Shown one piece after another: positions 56,156 through 64,000 of a stretch of 64,000 nucleotides of DNA. Position 1 is the stretch's first letter; each line of letters begins with the position of its first letter. Where the stretch lies: the NCBI GenBank assembly GCA_963812205.1, contig CAWEUJ010000004.1:1257315-1321314 (forward strand). Direction: 5' to 3'. Position numbers and translations under genes: made by a program. The notes below the pieces were generated by a model. That model had not been told where the DNA came from. It did not search any database and saw only the letters and a list, made by a program, of their open reading frames with translations. The DNA is from an uncultured Actinomycetes bacterium (GTDB taxonomy: Bacteria > Actinomycetota > Acidimicrobiia > IMCC26256 > PALSA-610).

Positions 56156-56701
56156 ATGGTCGCGATGCTCGAAGTCGTGTTGGTGGAACCGCAGATCGCG
56201 ACGAATACCGGCAACATCGTCCGGCTGTGCGCGAACGTCGGCGCGCGGCTGCACCTGGTACGACCGCTCGGATTCTCGCTCGACGACGCGGCGCTGCGCC
56301 GCGGTGGGCTCGATTATCACGAGCTCACCGACACACAGGTCTGGGATACGTGGGCCGAGTGCCGCGCCGCGCTCGGGGGAGAACGCCGCTGGTTCGCGAC
56401 CACGACCCGCGTTCCCCATCGCCGCTACGACGACATCGCGTTCCGGCCCGGCGACGTGGTGGTGTTCGGCTGCGAGGCGAACGGTCTCGGTGATGTACTT
56501 CTCGGCGAGTTTGCGGACGATCACCGCCTGCACATCCCGATGCGGCCGTCGAACCGCAGCCTCAATCTCGCGAACGCAGTAAGCGTCGTCGCGTACGAGG
56601 CGTGGCGCCAACACGACTTCGTCGACGCCGCGACCGGAACGTTCGAAGAATCGCTGCGCCCGGCCCGTCGAGTAGGGCTGCAGGTGGTCGGTCCGGAATG
56701 A
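56156..56701 (+). CDS. trmL: tRNA (cytidine/uridine-2'-O)-methyltransferase TrmL (SpoU/TrmH family)
   Basis: VLVEPQIATNTGNIVRLCANVGARLHLVRPLGF...SLNLANAVSVVAYEAWRQ are the typical TrmL motifs. The start is MVAMLEV at 56156. Confidence 0.8.
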   Translation: MVAMLEVVLVEPQIATNTGNIVRLCANVGARLHLVRPLGFSLDDAALRRGGLDYHELTDTQVWDTWAECRAALGGERRWFATTTRVPHRRYDDIAFRPGDVVVFGCEANGLGDVLLGEFADDHRLHIPMRPSNRSLNLANAVSVVAYEAWRQHDFVDAATGTFEESLRPARRVGLQVVGPE

Positions 56702-56729
56702 CCCGGCGCCCCTTACGGTTTCCCGCGCC

Positions 56730-57080
56730 ATGAACCCGGGCCACACCGTCACCATCACACCCGCCGACCTCCACGTCGTCGTCGAGGTCGACGGCCACCG
56801 GATCGCCGAGACCGAGCATCCGGTATTGCTCGAAGAGACGGGAATGCCCACCCGGTACTACCTGCGGCGCGAGGACGTCCGCATGGATCTGCTGCGGCCG
56901 ACGAGCTTCAGCACGGAGTGCCCGTTCAAGGGCCAAGCCTCGTACTGGACGCTCCAGCTCGGCGACGCGGTGCACGACGGCATCGTTTGGAGCTACGAGA
57001 ACCCCGTCGCCGGCGCCGAAGGCATCGCGGGGCTGCTGTGCTTCTACAACGACCGCGTCGACCTCACCGTCGGCGACTGA
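56730..57080 (+). CDS. DUF427 domain protein
   Basis: 116 aa. It has PTRYYLRREDV...TECPFKGQASYWTL...AWSYENP-like motifs. Confidence 0.8.
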   Translation: MNPGHTVTITPADLHVVVEVDGHRIAETEHPVLLEETGMPTRYYLRREDVRMDLLRPTSFSTECPFKGQASYWTLQLGDAVHDGIVWSYENPVAGAEGIAGLLCFYNDRVDLTVGD

Positions 57081-57083
57081 ACG

Positions 57084-58115
57084 TCAGCGCGAGACGGATT
57101 CGGCCGGCGTGATGAACCGGCCGTCGGGGTCGCGTGCGAAACGCCCGGCGTCGCGCGGGTGCACCGGATCGTCGCTGGGCCACGGCCAACCGCCGAACTG
57201 CGTCGCGCGGTAGTCGGCGAAGGCCTGCTCGATGCCGGCCTGGTCGTTCATCACGAAGGGCCCGTACTGCGCGACGGGCTCACCGATCGGCCGACCTTGC
57301 AGGACGAGGGCTTCGGCGCCGTCGGGCCCGGCGGTGACGGTGACGTCGTTCTCGACGCGCAGGCGGGCGCCCGTCGAAGCTTCGAGCTCGTGCTCGCCCA
57401 CGTGCGCGCCGCCTTCGAAGACGTACAACACGCGTACGGTGTCCGGGCCCGCGGCGGGGGGAAGAGTCCACTGCGCGCCGGGCGCCATCTCGACGAGCCA
57501 GATCGCGAGATCGGATTCGGGCCGGGACGCCCATGAATCCGGCGGGGGCGGTGGCGGTCGGAGCCCGGCGAGCACGCCCGCGACCACTGTGACGTTCGTC
57601 GTCCGCCCGGCCGGGTCGGCGACGACGTGACGAGGAAGGTCCTCGTCCCACAACATCGTGAAGTACGCGTCGACCATCTTGTCGTGGGCCGGGAGGTTCA
57701 ACCAGATCTGGAACAGCTCCACCGGATTCGGCGCGTCGCGCTCGAGCAGGGGGAACATCTCGCAGTGCACGATTCCCTTGCCGGCTGTGAGCCATTGCAC
57801 GTCGCCCCGGCCGAAGCGCGCGGTCGCGCCGAGCGAGTCGGAATGGTCGATGAAGCCGCGCCGTACGAGCGTGACGGTCTCGAAGCCCCGGTGGGGATGT
57901 TGCGGGAAGCCGGCGACGGCCGTCCCGTGGTACATGCGCCAACCGTCGATGCCGGCGAAGTCGTTGCCGATGTCGCGGCCGGCGAGTGATGCGTCCGGGC
58001 CGAGGCGGTCGTTGCCGGCGGGGTAGTTGTCGACGTGATGTACGCAGAACAGGAACGGGTCGATGGTCGCCCACTGGAACCCGAGCGGCGCGATTTCGAT
58101 GACCGGATCGTCCAT
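57084..58115 (-). CDS. Pirin family (bicupin) protein
   Basis: 343 aa from MDDPVIEI, with GGAGG RBS. It has the metal site FPQHPHRGFETVTLV and a second cupin half. Confidence 0.85.
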   Translation of the reverse strand: MDDPVIEIAPLGFQWATIDPFLFCVHHVDNYPAGNDRLGPDASLAGRDIGNDFAGIDGWRMYHGTAVAGFPQHPHRGFETVTLVRRGFIDHSDSLGATARFGRGDVQWLTAGKGIVHCEMFPLLERDAPNPVELFQIWLNLPAHDKMVDAYFTMLWDEDLPRHVVADPAGRTTNVTVVAGVLAGLRPPPPPPDSWASRPESDLAIWLVEMAPGAQWTLPPAAGPDTVRVLYVFEGGAHVGEHELEASTGARLRVENDVTVTAGPDGAEALVLQGRPIGEPVAQYGPFVMNDQAGIEQAFADYRATQFGGWPWPSDDPVHPRDAGRFARDPDGRFITPAESVSR

Positions 58116-58159
58116 CCTCCAAGGATACGGACTCTGCCGCCGCGCCGGATTCCCCGGAG

Positions 58160-58369
58160 TCAGTCGAGCTCCGGCAGGTTGATGGGTTCGGGCCGGGGAT
58201 GGCAGGCGCCGCATGCGAGGGCGTCGTCGACGACGATCGCTCGGACCGGGCTCGAGTGTTCGAGGAGCTCGAGGATGAACGGCCGCGTCTGCACATGGTC
58301 CTCGCAAACGGCGCGTCCGCAGAATCGGCACACGCCGACTGCGGTTCGCTTGCAGTGCCAACAGTCCAT
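58160..58369 (-). CDS. DUF2180-like small Cys-rich (zinc-ribbon) protein
   Basis: 69 aa. MDCWHCKRTAVGVCRFCGRAVCEDH plus a C-terminal CGAC give eight Cys/His ligand candidates. Confidence 0.55.
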   Translation of the reverse strand: MDCWHCKRTAVGVCRFCGRAVCEDHVQTRPFILELLEHSSPVRAIVVDDALACGACHPRPEPINLPELD

Positions 58370-58419
58370 CGTGGGTTCCTCGGAAAAGTGGGGTGAGACC
58401 TCGACGTGGTCCGGCGACG

Positions 58420-59238
58420 TTATGCGCGCTCGAACACCGTTGGCGCCGACGACGCGCGCTGCGGGTGGGCGAGGGCGTCGGCGACGAGCTCCTCGAATGC
58501 GGGTCGCTCGAGCCGGAAGACCCGGGCGGGTGTGGCGGCGCGAACCGTCGCCGTGCGGGGCTCGTCGGTCAACAACGCGATCTCGCCGAAGTGATCGCCG
58601 GGCCCGAGGGTCCCGACGGGTTTCGCGTCGCGGGCGACATCGAAGCGCCCCGATCCGATGACGTAGAACGCGTCGCCGGGTTCGCCTTGGCGTATGAGGG
58701 TTTCGCCGGGCGCGACCCGTTGCCAGGTTCCCCGCGAACGCAGCGCGCCGAGCTGGGGGAGCGTCAGGTGCGCGAACGCGGGCAGGGCCTGCAGCGCACC
58801 GAGCTCGTGGACCGTCGGCGCCAAGGTGGGTACCGCGATGCGATCCGCGAGCAGCCGGTCGAAGGTTCCCTTGTCGATGGCGAACAACTCGGCGCGCGTG
58901 AGTGCCCGCACGCCGGCATTGCGCGGCGCTCCGGTCGCGACACCGAGCTCACCGAACGCGTCGCCGGGACCGAGCCTCGCGATCGATCGTTCGCCCGCCC
59001 GGTCGGCAAGGTGCTCGACGACCTCGAGTATTCCGCTGCGGACGACGTACATCGCGTCGGCGCGATCGCCCTGGCTCACCACCGTGGTCTGCTCGGAGAC
59101 GGGAACCAGGCGGACCCGTCCCGCGAGGTCGCTCAGCACGTCGGCCGGAAGATCGTCGAACAACGGCGACTCGTCGAGCAGGTGGGCCGCCTCCGTGCGC
59201 CAGCCGCGCTGAGAGCGGAACCGGATCCGCTTCAACAT
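58420..59238 (-). CDS. Protein with two cyclic-nucleotide-binding domains
   Basis: 272 aa from MLKRIRF. There are two CAP-type cNMP modules, with GDAFGELGV...RNAGVRA and GDHFGEIALL...RTATVRA phosphate-binding cassettes. The start overlaps the upstream M50-like stop by 7 nt. Confidence 0.8.
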   Translation of the reverse strand: MLKRIRFRSQRGWRTEAAHLLDESPLFDDLPADVLSDLAGRVRLVPVSEQTTVVSQGDRADAMYVVRSGILEVVEHLADRAGERSIARLGPGDAFGELGVATGAPRNAGVRALTRAELFAIDKGTFDRLLADRIAVPTLAPTVHELGALQALPAFAHLTLPQLGALRSRGTWQRVAPGETLIRQGEPGDAFYVIGSGRFDVARDAKPVGTLGPGDHFGEIALLTDEPRTATVRAATPARVFRLERPAFEELVADALAHPQRASSAPTVFERA

Positions 59239-60503
59239 TCGCGCGCGGAGCGCGCTCGGGCGAGCAGGAGGGAGACGATGCCCCCGATCAGCGGGCCGGC
59301 GATGAACGTGACGAGAACGACCAGGAGGACGATCCCGGCGACGCCCTCGTGCGACATGCGGTCGAGGATCGGTCCGAAGGTGTCGCGCCACAACAGACCT
59401 GACCATGCGAGCGCGATCACGGTGAACACCGCCCCGAGCGTGCCGTAGAACGTGATGCCGATCTCGGCCACGGTCAGCCGCTCGCGGCGGCGGAGCTTGT
59501 GCCAGAGGTCGTGTCGGAGGAACGCGACCGAACGCGGTCGGAGATCGGGAACGCGTAACGCGTCCGAGAGGGCCCAGTAGCAGTCGAGCTCGAGAAACGG
59601 CACGAGATTGAGGATCAGCACGAAGTAGTTGAGGATCACGAACGTGTAGAGCACCGGCGCCAGCGCGATGTGAGGCCGTGCCCACAGCGCGATCGCGGCG
59701 ACTCCCGTCACCACGGCTTCGAAGAACGGTCCGGCCAGCGATTGCGTGATCCGCTTGCGCCGATCGAGCATCAAGACGTCGGAGCTGTCCACGTAGAACG
59801 ACGGATTTCCGAAGGCGATCCGAAAGCCGGAGCTCCGGACCCGCCGACCGTGATGGATCAGATAGGCGGCGTGTCCGAGCTCGTGCACGAAGACGAGTAG
59901 GAGATTCAGCGCGAGGAGAACCGCGAACACACTTCCGGACGAGTTGGAGCTCAACGCGTGCGTGTGCCCGCGCACCGACACGAAGGCGGCAACTCCTGCG
60001 ATCGCAATCGCCAGACCGGCGACGGTCGCAACGCGCGTGAACGCGTACCGCAGCCCGCGCGCGTGTAACCAGCGGGTGAACGCCTCGGCGCCGCGCCACT
60101 CGACGCTCGGGTCCCTGGCGAAGGTGATGAGCCGGGTCCGCAGGCGGTGGGGTGCGGTCGCGCGCCGAAGCGCCTCCTCGACGTCGACGTAGCGATCGGT
60201 GAGGAAGCCGCCCGAGTGGAGCAGCCGTACGAGCTCGACGACGGGCGCGACGTCGAGTCCACCCGTGCTCTGCAGACGGCTCACGCAGATCTCGCCGACG
60301 GTGCGCGTGCCGTCCATCAGTGGGAGCAGCGCGGCTTCGTCCGGCTCCAGCCGGAAGTACGTCAGGTCGCGCCGGTTCGCGACCATCACGTAGTCGCGAC
60401 CACCGCGCGCGTCGAACGCGGCGACCTCGACCCATTCCCCGACCCGGGGCCGGGAGCGCGCGTCGTCGACGCGCTCGCCGACGACCTCCCAGAGGTTCAA
60501 CAT
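59232..60503 (-). CDS. M50-like integral membrane zinc metalloprotease with a cytoplasmic N-terminal domain
   Basis: 423 aa. It has the HELGH zinc motif within a TM helix, later NLVPFLELDCYW (the NxxPxxxLDG-like second motif) and multiple TM helices. Confidence 0.7.
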   Translation of the reverse strand: MLNLWEVVGERVDDARSRPRVGEWVEVAAFDARGGRDYVMVANRRDLTYFRLEPDEAALLPLMDGTRTVGEICVSRLQSTGGLDVAPVVELVRLLHSGGFLTDRYVDVEEALRRATAPHRLRTRLITFARDPSVEWRGAEAFTRWLHARGLRYAFTRVATVAGLAIAIAGVAAFVSVRGHTHALSSNSSGSVFAVLLALNLLLVFVHELGHAAYLIHHGRRVRSSGFRIAFGNPSFYVDSSDVLMLDRRKRITQSLAGPFFEAVVTGVAAIALWARPHIALAPVLYTFVILNYFVLILNLVPFLELDCYWALSDALRVPDLRPRSVAFLRHDLWHKLRRRERLTVAEIGITFYGTLGAVFTVIALAWSGLLWRDTFGPILDRMSHEGVAGIVLLVVLVTFIAGPLIGGIVSLLLARARSAREC

Positions 60504-60538
60504 CGCGTCAGCGGTGGCCGAGCGGCGTTGCGGGCGTG

Positions 60539-60712
60539 CTAGTCGTCGATCTTGTTGACGTGCGCCTCGTGCGTCTTGATCTCCTTGCCGTGCCTTTCGA
60601 GCGCGACCGTGAGCCCGTCGCCGATGACGTGCTTGTCGGTGATCGCACCGCGCTCACCCTTGAAGTCGCCCTCGGTGATGATCACTTTGTCGCCAACTTT
60701 GAAGTGGGTCAT
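60539..60712 (-). CDS. Small KOW/SH3-like beta-barrel protein
   Basis: 57 aa from MTHFKVGDKVIITEGDFKGERGAITDKH (KOW-like G-D-K-V...G-x-x-G pattern). It is Lys-rich and visibly less GC-rich than its neighbours. It lies 35 nt upstream of the M50-like gene. Confidence 0.45.
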   Translation of the reverse strand: MTHFKVGDKVIITEGDFKGERGAITDKHVIGDGLTVALERHGKEIKTHEAHVNKIDD

Positions 60713-60794
60713 GCCTGATCCTCGCACGGGTACGGTTCGTCCTCAACGATGGTCGGCCGGCCGTTCGCCCGCCGCGCGGCGAGCCGGACGTGGA

Positions 60795-62987
60795 TCACGC
60801 TGCCGACTCGCCGGTCGCCGGTGCAGATTCGGCGGCGGCCTCGTCGGGTGTGATCGACGGACCCTCGACGTCGAGGTGGGGGAGGATGCGATCGAGCCAA
60901 CGGGGCAGCCACCAGTTGGCGTCGCCGAGGAGCTCCATCGTCGACGGGACGATCACCATCCGGATGAGTGTGGCGTCGATGAAGATCGCGCTCGCGAACC
61001 CGATCCCGAACAGCTTGATGATGATGTTGTCGCCGAGGACGAACGACAAGAAGAGCGTGCACATGATCGCGGCGGCCGCGGTGATCACGCGCGCGGTCGC
61101 CGACAGGCCGTCGGCGACCGCCCCGTTGTTGTCGCCCGTGCGGAGGTATTCCTCGCGGATGCGTGACAGCAGGAACACCTCGTAGTCCATGGACAGGCCG
61201 AAGAGGATGGCGAACATCATGATCGGGAGGAACGCCTGGATCGGCCCCTCCTTGCCGACGCCGACGAGCTGTTTGCCCCAGCCGTACTGGAAGATCATCA
61301 CCACGACGCCGTACGCCGCGCCGATCGACAGCAGGTTCATGATCGCGGCCTTGAGCGGCACGAGGATCGATCGGAACACCGTCATGAGCAACAAGAAGCT
61401 GAGGAGGATGACGACGGCGATGAACAGTAGGAGCCGTTGTCCGAGCAAGGTCGCGAAGTCGTCGGTCAGGGCGTTGAACCCTCCGACGTAGACCTTCTCT
61501 CCGGTACCGGCCGTCGCCTGCGGTATGACGTCGTGGCGGAGATGGTGCAAGAGGGTGCTCGTGGCACTGTCCTGCGGCGAGGTGGTCGGGTAGAGGCGAA
61601 TCACCGCGGTCGTCCCGGTGGGGTTCGTGACGGCCGGCGACACGGATGCGACGCCGGCCGTCGTGGCGATCGTGGTGCGCAGCCGGGTCAGGTCCGCAGT
61701 GTGGTCCCGACCGGCGGGCATCTCGATCGCGAGGAGGAACTGTCCGTTGAACCCGGGACCGAATCCCTTCGCGAGGAGGTCGTACGCCTGGCGCGACTGC
61801 GTGCCGGCGGGATCGTTGCCGGCGTCGACGAACCCGAGCCGCAGCGAGAGCACCGGCGCCGCCAGTGCGAGCACGATGCCGAGGCCGGCGATCGTCAACA
61901 ACCACGGCCGGCGTTGCACGAACCGGCTCCAGCGGTGCCAGATCGTCTCGCGCGTACCGCCGCCGTCGTTGTGCACCCACGGCAGGCGGAGCTTGTCGAT
62001 GTTGGTGCCCACGAAGCCGAGGACCGCGGGGAGCAGCGTGACCGCGGCGGCGACGGTGAGGGCGACGACCGCGGCGGCGCCGATGCCGAGCCCGCTGATG
62101 AACGACAGGCCAATGGCCAACATCCCCAGCAACGCGATGATCACCGTGAGACCCGCGAACAGCACCGCGCGTCCCGACGTGTCGACGGCGGTGATCACCG
62201 CCTGTTCGGGGTCGAGGCCCACGTGGAGCCCCTGGCGGTAACGGGTGACGACGAACAGCGCGTAGTCGATGCCGACGCCGATGCCGATCATTGTCGCCAG
62301 CGTGGTCGCGAAGCTCTGCAGCGGATAGAGGTGCGTCAACAGTCCGATGATCGGAAGGCCCACCGCGATGCCCGCGAGCGCCACGATGATCGGCAGCGCC
62401 ATGGCGAGGACCGATCCGAACGCGATGAGCAGGATGAGGATGGCCGCGAGGATGCCGATGCCTTCGCTCGACGGGGGTGCCTGGCGCTCCGACTGCTGGA
62501 TGAGCTGACCACCGAGGCGCACCTCGAGTCGCGCAGTCGTGTGGCGATCGGCGAGCGCGAGCATCATTTTGCCGACCGAATTGGGAACGTCCTGCGACTT
62601 GGTGTCGAGTTGCGCGTTGGTGAGGGCCACGGTCCCCGATGCCGAGATGCTTCCCGGCGTGGTGAAGGGGTCGCCGACGCCGGCGACGTGTTGCACGCGG
62701 GCGAGCGCGGCGAAGAACGCCCTCGCCTGCTGTTGCACCACCGGGTCGTGCATCGACGGGGTGCCCTTCATCACGACCTGTACCCCGTCGCCCGATTCCG
62801 CTTTGAAGTTCGCGGCGAGCAGGTCGGAGGCGCGGGTCGATTCGGTGTTGGGCGCGCTGAAGTTGGTCGTGAAGTTCGTCCCCGCCGCGGCGGAGGCCAT
62901 GTTGACGCCGACGAGCGCCGCGAGCCACAGCAACACGACAAGGCGACGCCGGCGGTAACAGAAGCGGGCGAGGGCGCGCAGCGACAT
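60795..62987 (-). CDS. MMPL family (RND superfamily) transporter, second copy
   Basis: 730 aa from MSLRALARFCYRRRRLVVLLWLAAL. It has GIDYALFVVTRYRQ and GLSMDYEVFLLSRIREE motifs. Confidence 0.85.
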   Translation of the reverse strand: MSLRALARFCYRRRRLVVLLWLAALVGVNMASAAAGTNFTTNFSAPNTESTRASDLLAANFKAESGDGVQVVMKGTPSMHDPVVQQQARAFFAALARVQHVAGVGDPFTTPGSISASGTVALTNAQLDTKSQDVPNSVGKMMLALADRHTTARLEVRLGGQLIQQSERQAPPSSEGIGILAAILILLIAFGSVLAMALPIIVALAGIAVGLPIIGLLTHLYPLQSFATTLATMIGIGVGIDYALFVVTRYRQGLHVGLDPEQAVITAVDTSGRAVLFAGLTVIIALLGMLAIGLSFISGLGIGAAAVVALTVAAAVTLLPAVLGFVGTNIDKLRLPWVHNDGGGTRETIWHRWSRFVQRRPWLLTIAGLGIVLALAAPVLSLRLGFVDAGNDPAGTQSRQAYDLLAKGFGPGFNGQFLLAIEMPAGRDHTADLTRLRTTIATTAGVASVSPAVTNPTGTTAVIRLYPTTSPQDSATSTLLHHLRHDVIPQATAGTGEKVYVGGFNALTDDFATLLGQRLLLFIAVVILLSFLLLMTVFRSILVPLKAAIMNLLSIGAAYGVVVMIFQYGWGKQLVGVGKEGPIQAFLPIMMFAILFGLSMDYEVFLLSRIREEYLRTGDNNGAVADGLSATARVITAAAAIMCTLFLSFVLGDNIIIKLFGIGFASAIFIDATLIRMVIVPSTMELLGDANWWLPRWLDRILPHLDVEGPSITPDEAAAESAPATGESAA

Positions 62988-63038
62988 GGGGGGAGGCCTC
63001 CGGGAACACCGTGTGAAGGGGGCGCGCGGCCCCGCACA

Positions 63039-63059
63039 ATAGTAAGGAGACCTGACTAT
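63039..63059. promoter_or_regulatory. 21-bp near-perfect palindrome ATAGTAAGG-AGA-CCTGACTAT between the MMPL and MarR genes (candidate MarR operator)
   Basis: Read directly. 8 of 9 arm positions are complementary. It ends 2 nt before the MarR ORF start and lies 52 nt upstream of the MMPL start. Confidence 0.45.
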
Positions 63060-63060
63060 A

Positions 63061-63624
63061 GTGGGTCGTGTGACCGCCTCCCGAACTGCCGCGTCGCGTT
63101 CCTCGTCGTCGGCCGGCCCGCCGCCGGAGGACGTGCCCGCGGACGTGCCCGGGGACGAGCTCGTGGTCCTCGTTCTCCGTACCGCCAAGGCGATCGTCGA
63201 CGGGCTGCGGGCCGCGCGCCCCGCCGGCTCGTCGTCGCCGATGACGGTCGTGCACGGCCTGGCGGCCCGGTACCTGCGCGGTCGTGACGACGTCACCACG
63301 GTCGACCTGGCCCGTCACCTGGGGATCACCAAGCAGTCCGCGTCCGAAGTCGTATCCCTGTTGGAGCGGACCGGAACCGTGCGGCGCGCGCCGCACCCGA
63401 GCGATGGCCGCGCCCGCGTCATCTTGCTGACCGAGGAAGGGAACGCTCGGCTCGAGCTCGGACGCGAGCGTTGGAACCGAATCGAAGACGGGTGGGCGGA
63501 GCTCGTGGGTCGCGACAAGCTCGACGTCATGCGCGACGTGCTCGAAGAGATTCTCGCGGCCGACATCGCGGCGCGCGACGAAACGCGGGTGGTCGATCAG
63601 AACGCGACCTGCTCGGCTTCGTAG
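63061..63624 (+). CDS. MarR family transcriptional regulator
   Basis: It has a winged-helix segment VTTVDLARHLGITKQSASEVVSLLERTGTVRRAPHPSDGRARVILLTEEG. The Ser/Pro-rich N-terminal extension suggests the true start may be later. Confidence 0.8.
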   Translation: MGRVTASRTAASRSSSSAGPPPEDVPADVPGDELVVLVLRTAKAIVDGLRAARPAGSSSPMTVVHGLAARYLRGRDDVTTVDLARHLGITKQSASEVVSLLERTGTVRRAPHPSDGRARVILLTEEGNARLELGRERWNRIEDGWAELVGRDKLDVMRDVLEEILAADIAARDETRVVDQNATCSAS

Positions 63625-63751
63625 CTCGTGCAGTCGACAGGTTGCGGCAAGGCCGCACGCGCCGGCACTGCCGACGCCGGGCGCGCTGCACGATGGCCTA
63701 GCGTTTGGCGCGTCCGAACGATATTCGCGGGTGCGACGGGAACGAGACATC

Positions 63752-64000
63752 GTGGGCACGACGGCGCGCGTCCTTTTGGCAACGCTGACGACTGCCGTTG
63801 CCGCGGTCGCAGTGGATCCGACGCCCGCGGCCGCAGACGCAAGCAGTTGCCTGGCCGGCACGCCGACCTCGGCCGCCGGCTACCAGGCGGTTGCCGACGG
63901 CCGGAACGCGAGCTTCGGCGTCGGTGACATCACATCCTCGGTCGGGCTGCCCGACGGCCGGCGCTTCTTCGCGCTGGGCGATACCGCGTACTACAACGTC
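63752..64000 (+). CDS. Secreted protein, 5' fragment (runs off the window end)
   Basis: This is my own translation: (V)GTTARVLLATLTTAVAAVAVDPTPAAADASSCLAGTPTSAAGYQAVADGRNASFGVGDITSSVGLPDGRRFFALGDTAYYNV. It has a signal peptide and a mature domain. The start is GTG 63752 or the in-frame GTG 63731. It is absent from the ORF track because no stop is reached. Confidence 0.45.
   Translation, partial: MGTTARVLLATLTTAVAAVAVDPTPAAADASSCLAGTPTSAAGYQAVADGRNASFGVGDITSSVGLPDGRRFFALGDTAYYNV

Noticed and set aside
53858-56851. 997-aa minus-strand ORF, the longest in this part of the window
   Set aside because: It is Arg/Pro/Gly-rich with no motifs. It is antisense to the well-formed plus-strand genes at 53774..56014 and to trmL, and is a typical high-GC shadow ORF.
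59232-59238. A seventh frameshift joining the M50-like protein and the cNMP-binding protein into one polypeptide
   Set aside because: The upstream ORF ends at a clean stop after a complete C-terminal TM region. The downstream ORF begins with its own ATG (MLKRIRF) in an ATGTTGA overlap typical of translational coupling. No conserved block is split across the junction.
60709-63861. 1050-aa minus-strand ORF overlapping the MMPL and MarR genes
   Set aside because: It is in a different frame from the genuine MMPL ORF (60795..62987), which has clear 12-TM MMPL motifs. The translation is Arg/Pro/His-rich nonsense and crosses a real intergenic region.
1-64000. Mobile elements, prophage, integrase/transposase, tRNA or rRNA genes
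   Set aside because: No ORF translation shows DDE/HUH transposase, tyrosine/serine recombinase or phage structural signatures. No intergenic region is long or structured enough to host a tRNA that I could recognise by eye. This was not verified with tRNAscan or Infernal.

Overview
Very GC-rich (about 70% by eye) actinobacterial-type chromosomal segment. It is densely coding, with about 65 protein genes. I recognised no rRNA, tRNA, CRISPR array, transposase or integrase.

Content in order:
- Partial glycine riboswitch and gcvP.
- SnoaL-like, J-domain, and DUF35 plus thiolase genes.
- Secreted protein with six FN3 domains. Four FN3 units are nucleotide-identical 279-bp tandem repeats. Its C-terminus carries an uncharacterised ~40-aa repeat module. 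The convergent M23 peptidase next door carries the same module.
- Acyl-CoA dehydrogenase.
- SHOCT-cupredoxin mini-operon.
- Co-directional minus-strand array of 10 genes (20141 down to 12729). It starts with a cst-like reactive-sulfur module (rhodanese-MBL dioxygenase, CstR-like CsoR-family repressor, DUF302, TauE) behind a CsoR-type operator palindrome. It continues into an MMPL transporter, DUF2892, AhpD-like protein, TehB-like methyltransferase and a class V aminotransferase.
- MacB-type ABC pair, UbiB kinase, DUF47 plus pitA, USP, and a CBS-containing site-2 protease.
- acsA plus E1-alpha, E1-beta and E2 operon that ends unusually in an ACP and a membrane-anchored unknown.
- Second FtsX/ABC pair, eRF1-like (baeRF) protein, GNAT, orphan solute-binding lipoprotein, and a cupredoxin-fused multicopper oxidase.
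- arcA-arcC, followed by a DevR/DosR-type hypoxia/dormancy island: DevR orthologue, PAS-HisKA_3 kinase, four PPOX paralogues, three USP genes, an Rv2004c-like kinase, a Zn-ADH and a nitrobindin-like protein.
- Large unknown protein, trmL, DUF427, pirin and DUF2180.
- Translationally coupled M50-like protease and double cNMP-binding protein.
- MarR-MMPL divergent pair.

Six otherwise intact conserved genes each carry one single-base frameshift: gcvP, pitA, a USP, E1-beta, an ABC ATPase and the multicopper oxidase. These are either recent pseudogenes or consensus errors. I cannot distinguish the two from sequence alone.

All calls rest on reading the ORF translations and the DNA. No database search or model scan was run.
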